Below, one piece after another: positions 31,808 through 34,694 of a DNA stretch of 34,694 nucleotides (position 1 is its first letter; every line of letters begins with the position of its first letter). The notes below the pieces were generated by a model, which worked only from the letters and a program-made list of their open reading frames with translations, was not told the origin of the DNA and made no database searches. Where the stretch lies: assembly GCA_964016885.1 (NCBI GenBank), contig CAXHJY010000223.1:1-34694 (forward strand). The letters are read 5' to 3'. The DNA is from Eledone cirrhosa. Its lineage: Eukaryota. The translations under genes and the position numbers were made by a program.

Positions 31808-31985
31808 TAATAAAGAAGGTGTGGTAAGATACCAGGTGGACCATAACGCACCAGAATGCTCGATACTTAGGGTAGTAGAGTGGGTAATATGAAAGAAGTC
31901 AGGACCCCGACGGCTGAGCTCCGGCCGTTTCGACAGCTAGATCCGAGCTGGAGTTCAGCTGTCGGGGTCCTGACCCTTCTCCTAT
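31808..31985. mobile_element. 'TAACGAAGG' family copy D with partial fold-back
   Basis: GTGGTAAG..ACCAGGTGGACCATAACGCACC...GTCAGGACCCCGACGGCTGAGCTCCGGCCGTTTCGAC, then inverted ...TCAGCTGTCGGGGTCCTGAC; (TA)n flanks. Confidence 0.8.
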
Positions 31986-32275
31986 ATATATATATAATTA
32001 CGGTATGTACACATTTCTTCTAAGTTTAATTTTACACCTAATTGTGTATGGTTGATGATATATTTAGTCAGTTTCCACATGCTGTCGAAATGTTGGATAA
32101 ATATACTATATTGGGGCCACCGCGAAGAGGCCACTTTCGGTTATTTGTCGAAGATTTCTTCATCAGAGCCTTTCTTCTTATAGCTTGGTCTAATTGATTT
32201 TTTATATGGTTAATTATGCTAATTGGAAGAAGAAACGGTATATATTTTATCTAATAATTCTAAAGACATGATTTA

Positions 32276-32320
<45 letters not shown>

Positions 32321-32323
<3 letters not shown>

Positions 32324-32670
32324 AGTAAAAATACGATATTAACAAATGGAAACTATATTTATAAAACCATATTTATTTCATTATACATATTTCAAGGACA
32401 CCAAGTTAAATTATGGTGCTTTCATCAGATAAAATATAGAGCAGTTTTATAAATAAACATTGACATACCCTTATTTTATCTGTGATGAAAGCACACCATA
32501 ATTTAACTTGGTGTCCTTGAAATATGTATAATGAAATAAATATGGTTTTATAAATATAGTTTCCATTGTTAATATCGTATTTTTACTCCAAATATTCGTT
32601 GAGTGCTTTATATCAGTTATAAAAATATTTGCTTGTTGTATCCCAACAATTTAAATAGAACTTCTACATA
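32321..32670. mobile_element. AT-rich HHR-bearing repeat with ~116-bp inverted arms
   Basis: Arms 32321-32436 and 32472-32590; homologous to 19532-19772; (TA)n flanks. Confidence 0.75.
32374..32436 (-). ncRNA. Type I hammerhead ribozyme with intact core
   Basis: Minus strand: TATTTTAT-CTGATGA-AAG.CACCA(loop)TGGTG.tc.CTT-GAAA-TATGTA-TA-ATGAAATA; 8-bp helix I and near-palindromic helix III. The plus-strand twin (32472-32538) has a TG insertion in the core (CTGTGATGA). Confidence 0.7.
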
Positions 32671-32692
32671 TATATATATATATATTTACATT

Positions 32693-32784
32693 CGATCTTC
32701 ACACAGATCTGTTTCAAAGAAAGTTATTCTGGTAGTAACTGACCTGACCGTACCGCAGGTTTCTAATGTTTTTCAGCGTTTCCC
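32693..32784 (+). repeat. Short dispersed repeat, copy 2
   Basis: Homologous to 24519-24602. Confidence 0.75.
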
Positions 32785-32933
32785 GTGGGCATGTATTTGT
32801 ATGCGTAACTGCATAGGTGTGTGCATCGAAATTTGTTATACTTCAAGTGGCGTGTGTTTGAACGCCCATATTATGCGTATATATGTGCTTTGGCCACATA
32901 CCATATGTGTACATGTTTGTGTGTGTGTATACA

Positions 32934-33000
<67 letters not shown>

Positions 33001-33141
33001 CATTGGTTCCGTCAAGTGATTATCTTTACCTTTTTATTTCGATATTTCACACATCTGTTCTTCTGTTTCTTCAGCAATAATAAAATACAGAAATCAGTTG
33101 AAACGACATAAGATGCTTACACACACCCATACTTTCTTTAA

Positions 33142-33199
<58 letters not shown>

Positions 33200-33203
33200 C
33201 ACA

Positions 33204-33239
<36 letters not shown>

Positions 33240-33445
33240 CTATCTCTCTCTATCTCTATCTCTCTCCCTCTCTCCCTTACTCTCTCTCTCTTACTCTCTC
33301 TCTCTCTTTCTTTCTTTCTCTCTATAACTCTCTCCCTACCTCCCTCTCCCTCTCTTTAAGTCCCTAATTCTCTCTCATTCCCCCTCTTTCACTCCATCTC
33401 CCTCTATTTCTCATACTCTCTATAACTTTCTCCCTTACGCTCCAT

Positions 33446-33533
<88 letters not shown>

Positions 33534-33570
33534 CTCCCTCGACTACTTTTCTTTTCTCCTCCTCTCTCAC

Positions 33571-33601
<31 letters not shown>

Positions 33602-33895
33602 TTCTCTCTCATATAAAAATCCCGTTGTGCTTTTCATAGCTCCGTTTCCTTTGCATAGTCACTTCCCTTTGTTACAGCAGTTAATTAACGGACTGGTGGC
33701 GAAAAAACACACATACACACACACTCACACACACACACACATTCATACACACATACAAATAAACACACAAAACACATACATATTTATATATACAGACACA
33801 AACATATATGTACACACACAAACACACAAACAACAATACAAACAAAAAAAAACAAATGGCGAGAAAAAACCTTAATAATAGTAATAACAGAAACC

Positions 33896-33911
33896 TACCT
33901 AGAGGGCGCTA
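33896..33911 (+). promoter_or_regulatory. Candidate CTCF-like motif
   Basis: TACCTAGAGGGCGCTA matches the 3' part of the CCACYAGRKGGCGCT consensus; motif match only. Confidence 0.3.
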
Positions 33912-33988
33912 CGATCATTTTAGAGGGATGTCACAATAATAACAAAATGGTCTCTATCTAGGGATCCGCTCGGGAAATTTACATAATC

Positions 33989-34075
<87 letters not shown>

Positions 34076-34244
34076 ATATACATATACATATATATATATG
34101 CATATATATATATTTACATAATCATATATATATATATATATATGATTATATATGTATATACATATACATATATATATATATATATATGCATATATATATA
34201 TATACATATATATACATATACATATATATATATATACACATATA

Positions 34245-34297
<53 letters not shown>

Positions 34298-34453
34298 ATA
34301 TACATATATACATATATATACATATATATACATATATACATACATATATATATATATATATATGATTATATATGTATATACATATACATATATATATATA
34401 TATATGCATATATATATATATACATATATATACATATACATATATATATATAT

Positions 34454-34523
<70 letters not shown>

Positions 34524-34694
34524 ATATACATATATATACATATATATACATATATACATACATATATAATGTACTCTTGTCTTTTTATTGTTTCATTCTT
34601 TTTTGTTCTTTTTTTACTATATTTCTATTTAATTTTCTTTTTTATTTATTCATTTATATATTTATTTATTTTAGATTTATTTCTTTGTTGCATG

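Noticed and set aside
32115-32172. Minus-strand CTGATGA...GAAAGTGGCCTCT
   Set aside because: Near-palindromic helix III, but neither stem II nor helix I pairs; possible relic only.

Overview
AT-rich eukaryotic non-coding DNA dominated by (TA)n, (CA)n, (GA)n and (CCA)/(ACT)/(CAT)n microsatellites. The tRNA-derived SINE fragments resemble from memory those of octopod cephalopods; this is inference, not a search result. I can support no intact protein-coding gene, and nearly all ORFs in the track are translated microsatellites. The non-simple sequence is mostly retroelement debris: several SINEs, a CR1-like LINE 3' end with an internal 8x61-bp minisatellite, and a probable second LINE 3' end. 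The main observation is a tandem array of apparently identical 591-bp units (22228-24182, 3.3 units) inserted in a (TA)n tract. It holds four complete type I hammerhead ribozyme (HHR) folds. Each has a compensatory U3-A8 core (TTGATAA instead of CTGANGA), a perfectly palindromic helix III and an enlarged, branched stem II, so the array looks like a retrozyme-like or Penelope-associated unit able to yield 591-nt self-cleaved (possibly circular) RNAs. Four further unrelated HHR-like repeat types also occur beside (TA)n tracts, often as fold-back palindromes centred on the ribozyme. All folds were derived by eye and no activity is demonstrated.
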